Under the pieces are notes generated by a model. The model did not search any database. It worked only from the letters and a program-made list of their open reading frames with translations, and had not been told where the DNA came from. Made by a program: the position numbers and the translations under genes. 64,000 nt of DNA, from positions 48,202 to 112,201 of the forward strand of contig JAKFFF010000034.1 of the NCBI GenBank assembly GCA_036677145.1, in the 5' to 3' direction. Shown one piece after another: positions 28,505 through 37,863 of the stretch (position 1 is its first letter; each line of letters starts with the position of its first letter). This stretch comes from Alcaligenaceae bacterium (GTDB lineage: Bacteria; Pseudomonadota; Gammaproteobacteria; Steroidobacterales; Steroidobacteraceae).

Positions 28505-30301
28505 GTGAAGTCGGTCGAAAATACATCGCTCGAAGCGGGCGCGAATCCCGAGCGCAACACTGAAAGTGTGTTGCGTGCCGTGTGCCTGCGATTGGGCTGC
28601 ACGGCGGCCGCTGCGGTATTTCCGCGCGAGGACAACCGCGTGATGTGGGGCAGATCGGAAGCCGATCTCGCGTTCGTCCGCGAACAGACCACCATAGCCG
28701 GCGACGAACTCGCGCGGCGCACGATCGAGACCCGCAAGCCCGTCGCCACCAATCGCCTGCGCCACCATCGTGGCGGCGACGTCGCATGCAAACTGGTCGC
28801 CGTGCCACTGATCGCGCGCGGCGGACCGGCCGGCGCGCTGATCATTTTCAATCGCCCGGATGAACCGAGCTTCGACGAACTCACCGTGCGTCGCCTGGCA
28901 AGATTCGCGCGCCTGCTCGCGCGCAGCGCGACTCAGGATATCGATACACTCACCGGCCTGCTGTCGTGGGAAGGATTCAAGAATCGCGTCGAGGCGTGGC
29001 AACGTGCGAGCGATCCGTCCGCGATGGTGTCGATGCTGTACGGCGACATCGATCGACTGCACCTGATCAACGACCTGGCGGGCTTTTCCGACGGCGACCG
29101 TGTGATCGCGCGCTGCGGTCGCGCCATACGCGGTGCGCTCATCGGTTCGGAGAGTTTCGCGTGCCGCCTGTCGGGGGACCGCTTCACGGTCTTCATTCCG
29201 CACATGAATCTGTCGCAGTCCCGCCAGCTCGCCGAGCGCATATGCCGCGAAGTGAGCGCCGCGCCGGCGCAGCAGGAGCCTAACCACCCGGTCTCGATGT
29301 CATGGGGCGCCGTATCGACCCAGTCGGCGGACCTGCATCTCGACCATCGCATCGCCGAGGCGGAAATTGCCTGCAAGACCGCGAAGGATCGTGGCCGTGG
29401 CCGCGTCGAGGTCTACCAGGATACCGACCAGAGCATGATCCGCCGGCACGACGAGATCGGTCTCATCGGCGCCGTGCGCGAAGCGTTGCGGCTGCAGCGC
29501 ATCGTCGTGTTCGCGCAGCCGATCACGCCGCTGATCAACCAGAATCTGCCGACGACCTACGAACTGCTGGTGCGCATCATCGATGCGAAGGGCAACATCG
29601 TCGAGGCGGCCGACTTCATGTCCGCGGCGACGCGCTACCAGATCCTGCCGGAGATCGATCGCGCCGTGTGCGAACGCGCGTTCGAGCAGCTCTCCCGCAA
29701 TACGGCTTCGTCAGGTCCGCTGCGCGTGTCGATCAATCTGTCCGGCCCGTCACTGTCCGACCCGGAGTTCCTCGAGTGGCTGCTGTCGGCGATGGCGAAG
29801 TACCGCATCGATGGCACGAGTCTCGTGTTCGAAATCACCGAGGCCGCGGCCGCCGCGAACCTGCAGCAGGTGCAGGAGTTCATCCGCCGGCTCACGACGC
29901 ATGGCGTGCGTTTCGCGCTCGATGATTTCGGCACCGGCGTGAGCTCGCTGGCCTATCTCAAGAATCTCGAGATCAACACCATCAAGCTCGATGGTTCGTA
30001 CGTACGTGACGTGCTGACGAATCCGCGTTCGCAGGCGCTGGTGCGCGCGATCGTGCAGCTTGCCGAGGCAATGGGCATCACCACCGTCGCCGAGTACGTG
30101 GAATCGAATGGTGTGCGCGACCGGCTCGCGTCACTGGGCATCCAGTTCGGCCAGGGATTCGCGCTCGGCCGCCCCGGCCCGCTCGACGATGTTCTCGCCG
30201 CCGTCGCGGATCGCGCGCCGCAGGGCCGCGAGCGCCCCTTTACCGGCGATACCTCGTTCACGACCGTGTCCGGCATCCCCATCATGTTCAAGCACGCGTA
30301 A
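28505..30301 (+). CDS. GAF-like / degenerate GGDEF / EAL protein
   Basis: 598 aa, GTG start. The GGDEF site reads RLSGDRFTVF (nt 29171..29185). EAL blocks are intact: TYELLVRI, VFEITEAA, DDFGTGVSS, QGFALG. Confidence 0.88.
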   Translation: MKSVENTSLEAGANPERNTESVLRAVCLRLGCTAAAAVFPREDNRVMWGRSEADLAFVREQTTIAGDELARRTIETRKPVATNRLRHHRGGDVACKLVAVPLIARGGPAGALIIFNRPDEPSFDELTVRRLARFARLLARSATQDIDTLTGLLSWEGFKNRVEAWQRASDPSAMVSMLYGDIDRLHLINDLAGFSDGDRVIARCGRAIRGALIGSESFACRLSGDRFTVFIPHMNLSQSRQLAERICREVSAAPAQQEPNHPVSMSWGAVSTQSADLHLDHRIAEAEIACKTAKDRGRGRVEVYQDTDQSMIRRHDEIGLIGAVREALRLQRIVVFAQPITPLINQNLPTTYELLVRIIDAKGNIVEAADFMSAATRYQILPEIDRAVCERAFEQLSRNTASSGPLRVSINLSGPSLSDPEFLEWLLSAMAKYRIDGTSLVFEITEAAAAANLQQVQEFIRRLTTHGVRFALDDFGTGVSSLAYLKNLEINTIKLDGSYVRDVLTNPRSQALVRAIVQLAEAMGITTVAEYVESNGVRDRLASLGIQFGQGFALGRPGPLDDVLAAVADRAPQGRERPFTGDTSFTTVSGIPIMFKHA

Positions 30302-30734
30302 TGGGGACATTCCTCGTTTCCTAACAAACGGGGACAGGCCTCGGGGCGTGTGCGCCGATGCGGCGATGAATGAGTCCCTGTTTTGATGTGTGCGCGAGCG
30401 GAGAACGGCCAGGCCGTCGCCCCCGCGATGGGTTTCGCTCCCGCGGCGCCTTGTTTGAATTGTTGTCAGTGCCTTGATGTACGCCGGCCGTGCCAGCGGG
30501 AAATTTGGGTGTGCCCAGATCGATGCGTTGGCGGTGCGCGGGATGGGTCATCGATTGCCGGCTCATCAGCTTTCGAAGTGGCAGGACGCCGCGTCCGCTC
30601 AGCCCCATCGCGTGTGCACCGTCCTGGCCGTTCTCCGCCCTCGGGCGTAGCGCCAGGGACTCATTCATGGCCGCACCGGCGCACTCACCGCCGCCGTCAG
30701 TTCCCGCTTGCCAGCAAGTGAGGGATGCCCACGT
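30299..30734 (+). mobile_element. MITE-like repeat, copy L (about 435 bp)
   Basis: It starts TAATGGGGACATTCCT and ends in a degenerate inverted terminus GAGGGATGCCCACGT. The interior is self-complementary, for example GCGGCGATGAATGAGTCCCTG / CAGGGACTCATTCATGGCCGC. It is collinear with copy R. Confidence 0.75.
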
Positions 30735-30826
30735 CGCGCGGACTTCAAGAGTAAAGAGTCACGGGATATGGCGGCGTACGTCGCATGCGCGCCGCGTGAA
30801 CTCACGCTCCTTTCTCCGCGCGCATC

Positions 30827-31268
30827 AATGGGCACATTCCCCCAGCTACTGGCATCCGGGAACGGAGCTGAAGACGTTCGGCGCGCGGGTGCGGCTGCAA
30901 CCTTTCGATCCCGAACAACCTATGCACGCAGATCGGCCAGGCCGGTGCACACGCGATGGGGCTGAGCGGACGCGGCGTCCTGCCACTTCGCAAGCTGATG
31001 AGCCGGAAAGCGATGCCCCTCACTGCGCTCGCTGACGGTTCAATCTTGGCAGTCCCAAATTTCCCGCCACTGCGGCCGGCGTACTGATCTCTTGCGCCGC
31101 CAATTCCCGAAAGACGCCGCGGGAGCGAAACCCATCGCGGGGGCGACGGCCTGGCCGATCTGCGCACGCGAACGATGGGAATCGAAAGGTTGCAGCCGCA
31201 CTCGCGCACCCCAGCGCCTCCAACCCCCATTAACCATTTGCTAGGACAAACAGGAATGTCCCCATTTA
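30827..31268 (-). mobile_element. MITE-like repeat, copy R (about 440 bp, inverted relative to L)
   Basis: It is bounded by AATGGGCACATTCC (30827..30840) and GGAATGTCCCCATT (31253..31266). It shares long blocks with copy L, including GGCCAGGCCGTCGCCCCCGCGATGGGTTTCGCTCCCGCGGCG and GCTCATCAGCTT(T/G)CGAAGTGGCAGGACGCCGCGTCCGCTCAGCCCCATCGCGTGTGCACC. Confidence 0.8.
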
Positions 31269-31280
31269 CACTCGCGCGCC

Positions 31281-32591
31281 ATGATAAAACTCTCGCGCTA
31301 CCAGTGGACCGTGTTCGCAGCAGCCTGGCTCGGTTGGGGCTTCGACATCTTCGACGGATTGCTCTTCAATTTCGTCGCGCCGAACGCCATCCCGACCTTG
31401 TTAGGTCTGGAGATCGGCGGCCCGGAGGCACGCGCGGCGTTACCCTACTGGACCGGCATTCTCAATTCGCTGCTGCTGCTCGGCTGGGCGGCGGGCGGTG
31501 TGTTGTTCGGACCCATTTGCGACCGCTTCGGCCGCAAGCGCGTGCTGATGATCACGATGATCCTCTACGCGGTCGGCACGGCCGCCTGCGCCTTCGTCAC
31601 CGAGATGTGGCAGCTCATCATTTTCCGCATCATCGCGAGCCTGGGGATCGGCGGCGAGTGGGCGGCTGGCTCGGCCATGGTTGCCGAGGTGGTGCCTGAA
31701 GATAAGCGCGTCGAAGCGGGCGCCTTGCTTTATACCTCCGCGCCGCTCGGGTTGTTTCTCGCTATGTTCGTGAACTCGCAAGTTGCGGGCGACTGGTTTG
31801 CCCACGATCCCGCGATGTCCTGGCGCTACGTGCTGATGTTCGGCCTGATTCCGGCAGGCGTCGCGTTCGTGGTGCGCGCATTCGTGCGCGAACCGGAACG
31901 CTGGAAGGCTGCCACCGCGAATGCCGTGCCGGCGCGGGTACGCGAGATCTTCGCGCCAGGGATGCGCGCGCGAACGGCGAGCGCGCTCATCGTGACGCTG
32001 GTCGCGCTGATCACCTGGTGGACCTGCAACGCCTTCCTGCAGACGCTCGCGAACAGCCTCGCGGGCGTGGAAGCTGCAAACCGCGGACTCGACGCGGTCG
32101 CTACCGCAGCGCTCAAGCAGGATTGGATCAAGCTGGCCACCACCTGTTTCAACTGGGGCGGACTGATCGGCACGCTGCTCACGATCCCCATTGCCAAGCA
32201 CCTCGGCCGGCGCAAACTTTTCGCCATCTACTTCGCCGGCAGCGCGCTCGCAATCATGGCGGCCTGTGGCCTGGATCTGCCGTCCGAGACGCGTCTGTAC
32301 CTGTGGTTCTTCGTCGGCCTGACGGTCTTCGGCGTGTTCGGCTGCTTCCCGTTCTATCTACCGGAGCTGTTCCCGACGCGACTGCGCTCCACCGGCAGCG
32401 GCTTCTGCTACAACATCGGCCGGGTCATCACGGCCGGTGGTGTGTTCGCGGTCGGCGCCATCGCGCAGGCTGCGAAGGGCGATCCGCAGATCATCCTGCA
32501 GACGCTGTTCGTGATCGGCTTCGTGCCGATCGTGGGTCTCCTGCTGCTGCGCTGGGTCATCGAGACACGCGGCCAGAAGATGCCGGATTGA
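31281..32591 (+). CDS. MFS transporter
   Basis: 436 aa with about 12 TM helices. MFS loop motif GPICDRFGRKRVL. Confidence 0.88.
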   Translation: MIKLSRYQWTVFAAAWLGWGFDIFDGLLFNFVAPNAIPTLLGLEIGGPEARAALPYWTGILNSLLLLGWAAGGVLFGPICDRFGRKRVLMITMILYAVGTAACAFVTEMWQLIIFRIIASLGIGGEWAAGSAMVAEVVPEDKRVEAGALLYTSAPLGLFLAMFVNSQVAGDWFAHDPAMSWRYVLMFGLIPAGVAFVVRAFVREPERWKAATANAVPARVREIFAPGMRARTASALIVTLVALITWWTCNAFLQTLANSLAGVEAANRGLDAVATAALKQDWIKLATTCFNWGGLIGTLLTIPIAKHLGRRKLFAIYFAGSALAIMAACGLDLPSETRLYLWFFVGLTVFGVFGCFPFYLPELFPTRLRSTGSGFCYNIGRVITAGGVFAVGAIAQAAKGDPQIILQTLFVIGFVPIVGLLLLRWVIETRGQKMPD

Positions 32592-32595
32592 ACAT

Positions 32596-34815
32596 CTAGG
32601 GTTGGTAGACGAGGAAACCGTCGTATTCAGCGGCGGACTTGTACGTCACCGCGCCCGATTGTCCGCTCGCGTGGGATGAATCCGTAGCCTGGACCACCAA
32701 CGTGCCATTCACGTAGCCACGCACCTGATTGCCTATCGACTCGAGTTTCAGGTCGTACCAGCTGCCGGGCGTCACGGTGAGCGGCGCGCTGCGCAACACG
32801 CTGATGTTTCCATTCACGAGCTTGCGCAGCGACACCTGGTTGGAACTGCGCAAGGACAGGTAATAGTAGTTGCCGGTATTTCGATAACGCGTGGTCAATC
32901 CGAACCAGCGTTCCTGCGTGCCAGCGGGCGCGGCGAACGAGGTCGCGCGCACGCGTGCGCTCACGACCTGATCGTCGGTCGGCACACCGGTGACTGCGCG
33001 CGCATCGCCGGTCAGCGAGGTCTGCAGCAGTGGGCCGCCGTCGCAGGTCCATGCGCCGCCGTTCGTCGTCCAGTCCGCACCGATCCGGAATTGCGCGCAG
33101 GCGTTCCCCCGAAACTCGTAGATGGAGCTTTGGCCGATGTCCTCGACGAGCACGTTGTCGAAATCGGCGCTGGTCTTGTAGCCCACGAGGGCGACGCGGC
33201 CAGCGGGCAGCTCGGCGTCCTCCGCCCAAAGCAACAGGCGGCCATCGACGTACACCCGCAGGTTTTCGCCCAACGCCTGCAGGTGCACGCGGTAGTTGGT
33301 GCCCGCAGTGACGGGCAAGGCGCGTTGCGCGAGTGTCGAGAACGTGCCATCCACGATGCGGCGGAGCTGGATCGTTCCGGAGCTGCGCAGCGTCACGTAG
33401 TAATAGTTAGAGGAATCGACGTAGCGTACCGCAAGGCCCACCCAGCGATCGTTCCCGGAAAACGCCGTCGGGCGGATGTTCGCCTCGATCGCCTGGTCGG
33501 TTCCTTCGCTGGTCTCGAGCACCGAGCGCGAGTCTCCCGCGAGGCTCGACTGACGATAGATGCGATTGCCGGCGGTCGAGGCCACCGCGAACTGACTTCC
33601 GGCCGCGGGCGTCCAGCCGTTCGCGTTGCCTGACTCGAACGTATGCTGCCGAATGGGTTCGGGATCGAAACTGGCCGGCAGATCGAACGCGTAGACGGCG
33701 GTGTTGCTGGTGTGAAAGTCGTAGTACCCGCCGGCCAGCACGCGCCGGCCGCTCGCCGCGAGTCCGTTCCCCAGCGAGCCGTTTCCCCGAGGCGACAGAA
33801 TCGCGGCGTGTTCATACGAGCCCGCCGCGGTCTTGCGATGCGCGTTGACCACGAGGGCGGCCCGATCCATGTCGTCGATTCTTTGCAGCATCGCGTCGCT
33901 GGTCCTGCGGATCAGGCTGGCTCGGCCGGAGTCCAGGTACAAGGCGCCAACCGAACGCAGGTTGTCGACGACCGTCTGCGAGGCGTCGTTTCGATAGACG
34001 AGCGTTCCGTTTCGCCCCGAGGTTGCGACGAATATCTCGTCGCCGCGCAGGGCGACTTCGCCACCGTGCCCTGGAAGCGTGAATGCCGGTTGCCAGCCGC
34101 TGGTGCTTCGGCTGTAGACGCGGATCGGGGGCACGGGATCCAGGTAGTCGCTGGGCTCGCTTCCGACCGCAAGCGAATTCCCGTCGATATCGAGGGCAAC
34201 CGGTATCTCGCGAGCGCAGCCGATGTCGCCGCTGGAGAGCCGCTGCGGTGTCGGCCAGGTTCCATTGGCGGCGCGCGTCCCGACGAGCACGCCCCAGTCG
34301 AACGGGAAGGGTCCACCGTCGGCGAAACACGAGCCCGCGCCAACCACTGCAGCGAGGGTCGATCCGGACCACTGCAACAGCGAGCCGCTCACCCAGTTCG
34401 CGGTGTTGGGCGGCGCGTTGAACGGATGCGCGACCGGCGTCCAGGTGCTGCCGCTGCGCTGGAAAATGCGCAGCGTGGACAGCGAGATCGCGGCATAACC
34501 GTTGGCCATGACGACGCGTTCGCTGGAATACGGATTGGCCTCGTCCACGCGATTGCGGAACAGCTCGCGGACGAAGCCCCAGCCCGAACTCGAGCGCCGG
34601 TACAACAGCGCGACCTGGTCGTACACGTCGAACGATTCGGACGGGTACGAAACGGCCGTGATGATTGCCCAGTCGCCATCGACGGCGACTTCGGTGCCGA
34701 AATATTCGTACTGGGAATCCGGCGCGAGGAGCCGCTGCGTTTCGTGAATCAGTACGGGACGCGCGAATGTCGTGGTCGCGGTAAACAGCGCCGCACAGGC
34801 AACGAGGAATTTCAT
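32596..34815 (-). CDS. Large secreted protein: beta-propeller-like N-terminal region plus two tandem jelly-roll (LamG/DUF1080-like) modules
   Basis: The start is set to ATG 34815 (signal peptide MKFLVACAALFTATTTFA). Two C-terminal modules of about 180 aa share RW(V/F)GL..RY....NYYY..LRSS...LR+.V.G. Confidence 0.75.
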   Translation of the reverse strand: MKFLVACAALFTATTTFARPVLIHETQRLLAPDSQYEYFGTEVAVDGDWAIITAVSYPSESFDVYDQVALLYRRSSSGWGFVRELFRNRVDEANPYSSERVVMANGYAAISLSTLRIFQRSGSTWTPVAHPFNAPPNTANWVSGSLLQWSGSTLAAVVGAGSCFADGGPFPFDWGVLVGTRAANGTWPTPQRLSSGDIGCAREIPVALDIDGNSLAVGSEPSDYLDPVPPIRVYSRSTSGWQPAFTLPGHGGEVALRGDEIFVATSGRNGTLVYRNDASQTVVDNLRSVGALYLDSGRASLIRRTSDAMLQRIDDMDRAALVVNAHRKTAAGSYEHAAILSPRGNGSLGNGLAASGRRVLAGGYYDFHTSNTAVYAFDLPASFDPEPIRQHTFESGNANGWTPAAGSQFAVASTAGNRIYRQSSLAGDSRSVLETSEGTDQAIEANIRPTAFSGNDRWVGLAVRYVDSSNYYYVTLRSSGTIQLRRIVDGTFSTLAQRALPVTAGTNYRVHLQALGENLRVYVDGRLLLWAEDAELPAGRVALVGYKTSADFDNVLVEDIGQSSIYEFRGNACAQFRIGADWTTNGGAWTCDGGPLLQTSLTGDARAVTGVPTDDQVVSARVRATSFAAPAGTQERWFGLTTRYRNTGNYYYLSLRSSNQVSLRKLVNGNISVLRSAPLTVTPGSWYDLKLESIGNQVRGYVNGTLVVQATDSSHASGQSGAVTYKSAAEYDGFLVYQP

Positions 34816-35130
34816 GGTCCAACTCCCGGTGGTTGTGCCACCGCTTCGGATTAGGGGACTGACTTCCTGGGGCGGGTTGGTGATCACATAACGGCGACAC
34901 CGGGCGTGCCGGCACCGGGTGCGGCCGTATCTGGGAAATGAAATCGGGTCGAGACCTCGCGGAGCCTGGTCGTTAGTAGTTAGTTAACGGAATGCAATAT
35001 GCGGGCCAGGCAGATGCGGACGCGCGACGCACGCGTGCGGCGTCCGGTAGTGTCGACGAGGTGACGGAACCACGCCTCGACGCGCCCTAAGAGCGCAACG
35101 CTTTCAGCGGACGCGGAACAATTTGCCGCG

Positions 35131-37785
35131 CTACATCGCGATGGCGATGTCGGCGTGATACGTGCGCATCGAGTAGGGGTGGAAGGCCCAGTAACGCTCG
35201 TTGCCGAGGTTGTCGATGCCGAGGGCCGCGGTCCAGTGTTCGCCGAACGCGCAGCGCACGCGCGCATCCACGACCAGGTAACGACTCGTGCCGGTGAACG
35301 TCGTGCCATGCGGGTCCGCGTTGTCGAGCGTGTTGTACTGCTGACCGCTGTAACGCGCACCGAGGGTCGCGCTCAGACGCTCGTTCGGGCGCCAGGTCGC
35401 CAGTGCGTTCGCGCGCCACTCCGGTACGCGCGGCTGCCGGGCGCCGACGCTGGCCGGAAAATTCTGGTTCGCAAGGATGCGCGAATGCGCAAACGTGACG
35501 CTCGCGACGAGTTCGATCGCCGCCAGCGCCTGCATGCGCCCGGCTAGCTCGACGCCGCGCGTGCGGATGTGATCGACATTCTGCACCGTGCTCACGGTCG
35601 AACCATTCGCGACGTTCACCTGCGAATACAGCGCATCGCGCGTGTCTTCGAAGAACAGCGTCGAGCGCAACTCGCCGTGATCGAACACCTGCAGCGCGGT
35701 GAGCTCGCTGGTCCACGATTTTTCGGGCGCGAGATCCGGATCATTGTTGACGATGCTGTTCGCGGCAATCGAGCCCTGGTACAGCTCGGCGACCGTCGGA
35801 TTGCGCACGGCGCGCCCGAGCGACGCCTTGATCGTCAAGTCAGGTGTGGCGCCCCAGGCGAGCGCGAACTTCGGAGAAAGCTGCGTCCCGCTGCGCGCGG
35901 GAAAGGGCAGCGGCGGCAACGCGCGGGTTGCGATCGATCCATGGTCCGCGCGCCAGTGCTCCACGCGCGCGCCGAGTGTCGCCTGCCAGTCGCGAGCGAA
36001 CTCCCAGGTGTCCTGCGCGTAGAGGCTCGTCAGCTGCGTGTCGCCGCGGAACGCCGAGAAACGGGCCGTCGCGGGCGCGTTACGCCAATCCGCGGCGTCG
36101 CCGACCTCGGTGCGCAGCCGGTAGCGCTCGTGCTGGACTCCGAGCTCGAGTGTATGCGGCATGGGGCCGCGCGTTTCGCGCACCGCGCGCAATGCGAACG
36201 TCGACCAGCCCGTGCCAGACTGGTCCGCGATGCGACCCTGGTTGCCAGACGCCGCGGCCGGTAGCGCGACCAGCGGTGAACGCGACTCGTCCTGCGCGTA
36301 GGCGTAGTTGCTGGCCGAGGCTTCGAGATCCCACGCGCCGAGATTGCGGCGCCGGATCGACAGGCCCTGCATGACGTGTGTGAGCGCGCCATTCGAGGGC
36401 CCCATCTCGGTAGCGCCGATCGTGAATGCCCGGCCCGCGATGTTCACGGTGCCGTCGTACACGGGCGCGCCATTGGCATCGCGCAACCAGGTGCCGGACT
36501 CCCGTGTTGCCTCGTTGTGCCACAGGCCCAGCGTGTAACTCGCGCGCCAGCTGTCGCCGAATTCCCGGGCGATCTTGATCTTCCCGTGATCCTGCACCGT
36601 GTGGATGGCGTTCGTGTCACCTAACAACCACCAGTCGCGGTTGCGCGGATCGCGTCCCGCGACGGCGCCCGTCACGGGAATGCCGTTCGCGCCGGTCGTG
36701 CCCGCGGATACTAGTTTGTTCGCGAAGGCGATGGGGTGGCTCTGGCTGTCGAGTCGATTGAGATTCACGCTCCACGCGGTCGGGCCGCGCCGGTCGCCGT
36801 AGGTGGCGCTCGCCAGCCAGCCGCCATAACGGTCATGCGCGCCGTAGACGTCGAAGTCTTCCGTGAAAGTGGCCAGGCCCGCGCGCATCTCGAGCGAGTC
36901 CGGCATGCGGGTGACGTAGTCGACCACCGCGCCCACCGAGTTTCCCGGATAGGCGGCGGAAAACGGGCCGTAGAGCACGTCGACGCGTTCGATTTCTCCG
37001 GGCGTCACCATGCCCCAGCGCGGCGTGTACGTGGCGCCGTTGCCGAGCAGGTTCGACAACAGGATGCCGTCGGCATAAACGAGCGAGCGCGCGCTGTTGC
37101 CGGTCCCCGAGGCGCGGCTCGCGAGCACCGCGTGATCGAAGTCGCCGATGTAACGCTTGCGCACCGTGAGACTCGGCAGGTACTTGAGGGCGTCTTCGGC
37201 GTCGGTCGCATTGACCGAGCGCGCGACCGCCTCACCCGTGATGCCTTCGATCGTCGTCGGGATCTGCGTCGGCAACGAGCTGGGCCGCCGCGCCACCACG
37301 GTCACGGTGCCCATGGTCTGGGTCATCGAATTCTCCGCGGCCGGCGCGGCGTCGCGCGCTTCGATGGCCAGTTCGACTGTGATCTTGCCGGCGGCGCGGA
37401 ACTCGAGTGTGAGCGGAATCGACTTGCCGAGCTCGAGCGGCGCCTCGAGTCCGACCAGCATCAGATGGATACCGCCCGGCTGGATCTTCACGGTTGCACC
37501 CGGCGCGAGCGAGATCTCGGTGAGCGGCCGCATGCGCGCCATGCCGCCGTCGATGCGCGTCTCGTGGAATTCGACGCGGGCCGCGGCCGGCGTCGAGGCG
37601 GCGATGAGCGCATCGGGCGCGGTTCCGTGGTTGGTGATGGATAGATAGCCCACGCCCATCGGCATGCCGGGCATCGTGGGCCGGGACCACGGGTGGCCGA
37701 TGCTCAACTTGCCGTGGGTGTATTCGTGCGCGCCGACGACGCCCGCGAGCAGGCAGGCGAAGAGCGCAAGGAAAGAACGAGACAT
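35131..37785 (-). CDS. Fusion of a PCuAC (DUF461) copper chaperone domain to a TonB-dependent outer-membrane receptor
   Basis: ATG 37785 is preceded by AGGAG. Signal peptide MSRSFLALFACLLAGVVGA. PCuAC blocks (about aa 22-143): GHPWSRPT, MPMGVGYLSITNHG, VEFHETRIDGGMARMR, PGGIHLMLVGL, IPLTLEF. An Ala/Pro linker then runs straight into a TBDR plug (TVTVVARR, IEGITGE, DALKYLPSL) and barrel. There is no stop and no second signal peptide between the two parts. Confidence 0.85.
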   Translation of the reverse strand: MSRSFLALFACLLAGVVGAHEYTHGKLSIGHPWSRPTMPGMPMGVGYLSITNHGTAPDALIAASTPAAARVEFHETRIDGGMARMRPLTEISLAPGATVKIQPGGIHLMLVGLEAPLELGKSIPLTLEFRAAGKITVELAIEARDAAPAAENSMTQTMGTVTVVARRPSSLPTQIPTTIEGITGEAVARSVNATDAEDALKYLPSLTVRKRYIGDFDHAVLASRASGTGNSARSLVYADGILLSNLLGNGATYTPRWGMVTPGEIERVDVLYGPFSAAYPGNSVGAVVDYVTRMPDSLEMRAGLATFTEDFDVYGAHDRYGGWLASATYGDRRGPTAWSVNLNRLDSQSHPIAFANKLVSAGTTGANGIPVTGAVAGRDPRNRDWWLLGDTNAIHTVQDHGKIKIAREFGDSWRASYTLGLWHNEATRESGTWLRDANGAPVYDGTVNIAGRAFTIGATEMGPSNGALTHVMQGLSIRRRNLGAWDLEASASNYAYAQDESRSPLVALPAAASGNQGRIADQSGTGWSTFALRAVRETRGPMPHTLELGVQHERYRLRTEVGDAADWRNAPATARFSAFRGDTQLTSLYAQDTWEFARDWQATLGARVEHWRADHGSIATRALPPLPFPARSGTQLSPKFALAWGATPDLTIKASLGRAVRNPTVAELYQGSIAANSIVNNDPDLAPEKSWTSELTALQVFDHGELRSTLFFEDTRDALYSQVNVANGSTVSTVQNVDHIRTRGVELAGRMQALAAIELVASVTFAHSRILANQNFPASVGARQPRVPEWRANALATWRPNERLSATLGARYSGQQYNTLDNADPHGTTFTGTSRYLVVDARVRCAFGEHWTAALGIDNLGNERYWAFHPYSMRTYHADIAIAM

Positions 37786-37863
37786 GAAAACTCCTGGCGA
37801 AAACACGCGACGCGCGCCAGCGCGTACGCGGAATGCGCGGAGCGGGCTCCGCGCGCTCAGTCG

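Noticed and set aside
25566-28808. 1080-aa minus-strand ORF, the longest in the region
   Set aside because: It is antisense to two GGDEF-EAL genes. Its translation is dominated by Arg, Asp, His and Gln with no recognisable domain. Such ORFs arise in high-GC DNA because stop codons are rare.
30321-31237. ORFs of 65-181 aa inside the MITE-like elements
   Set aside because: Similar peptides occur on both strands because of the repeat symmetry. None has a coding-like bias or motifs, and none resembles a transposase.
34973-34990. TTAGTAGTTAGTTAAC, a run of stop codons in several frames in the 315 bp spacer between the secreted-protein gene and the receptor gene
   Set aside because: AT-rich words like this are expected in intergenic DNA of GC-rich genomes. 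I could see no flanking repeat or structure.
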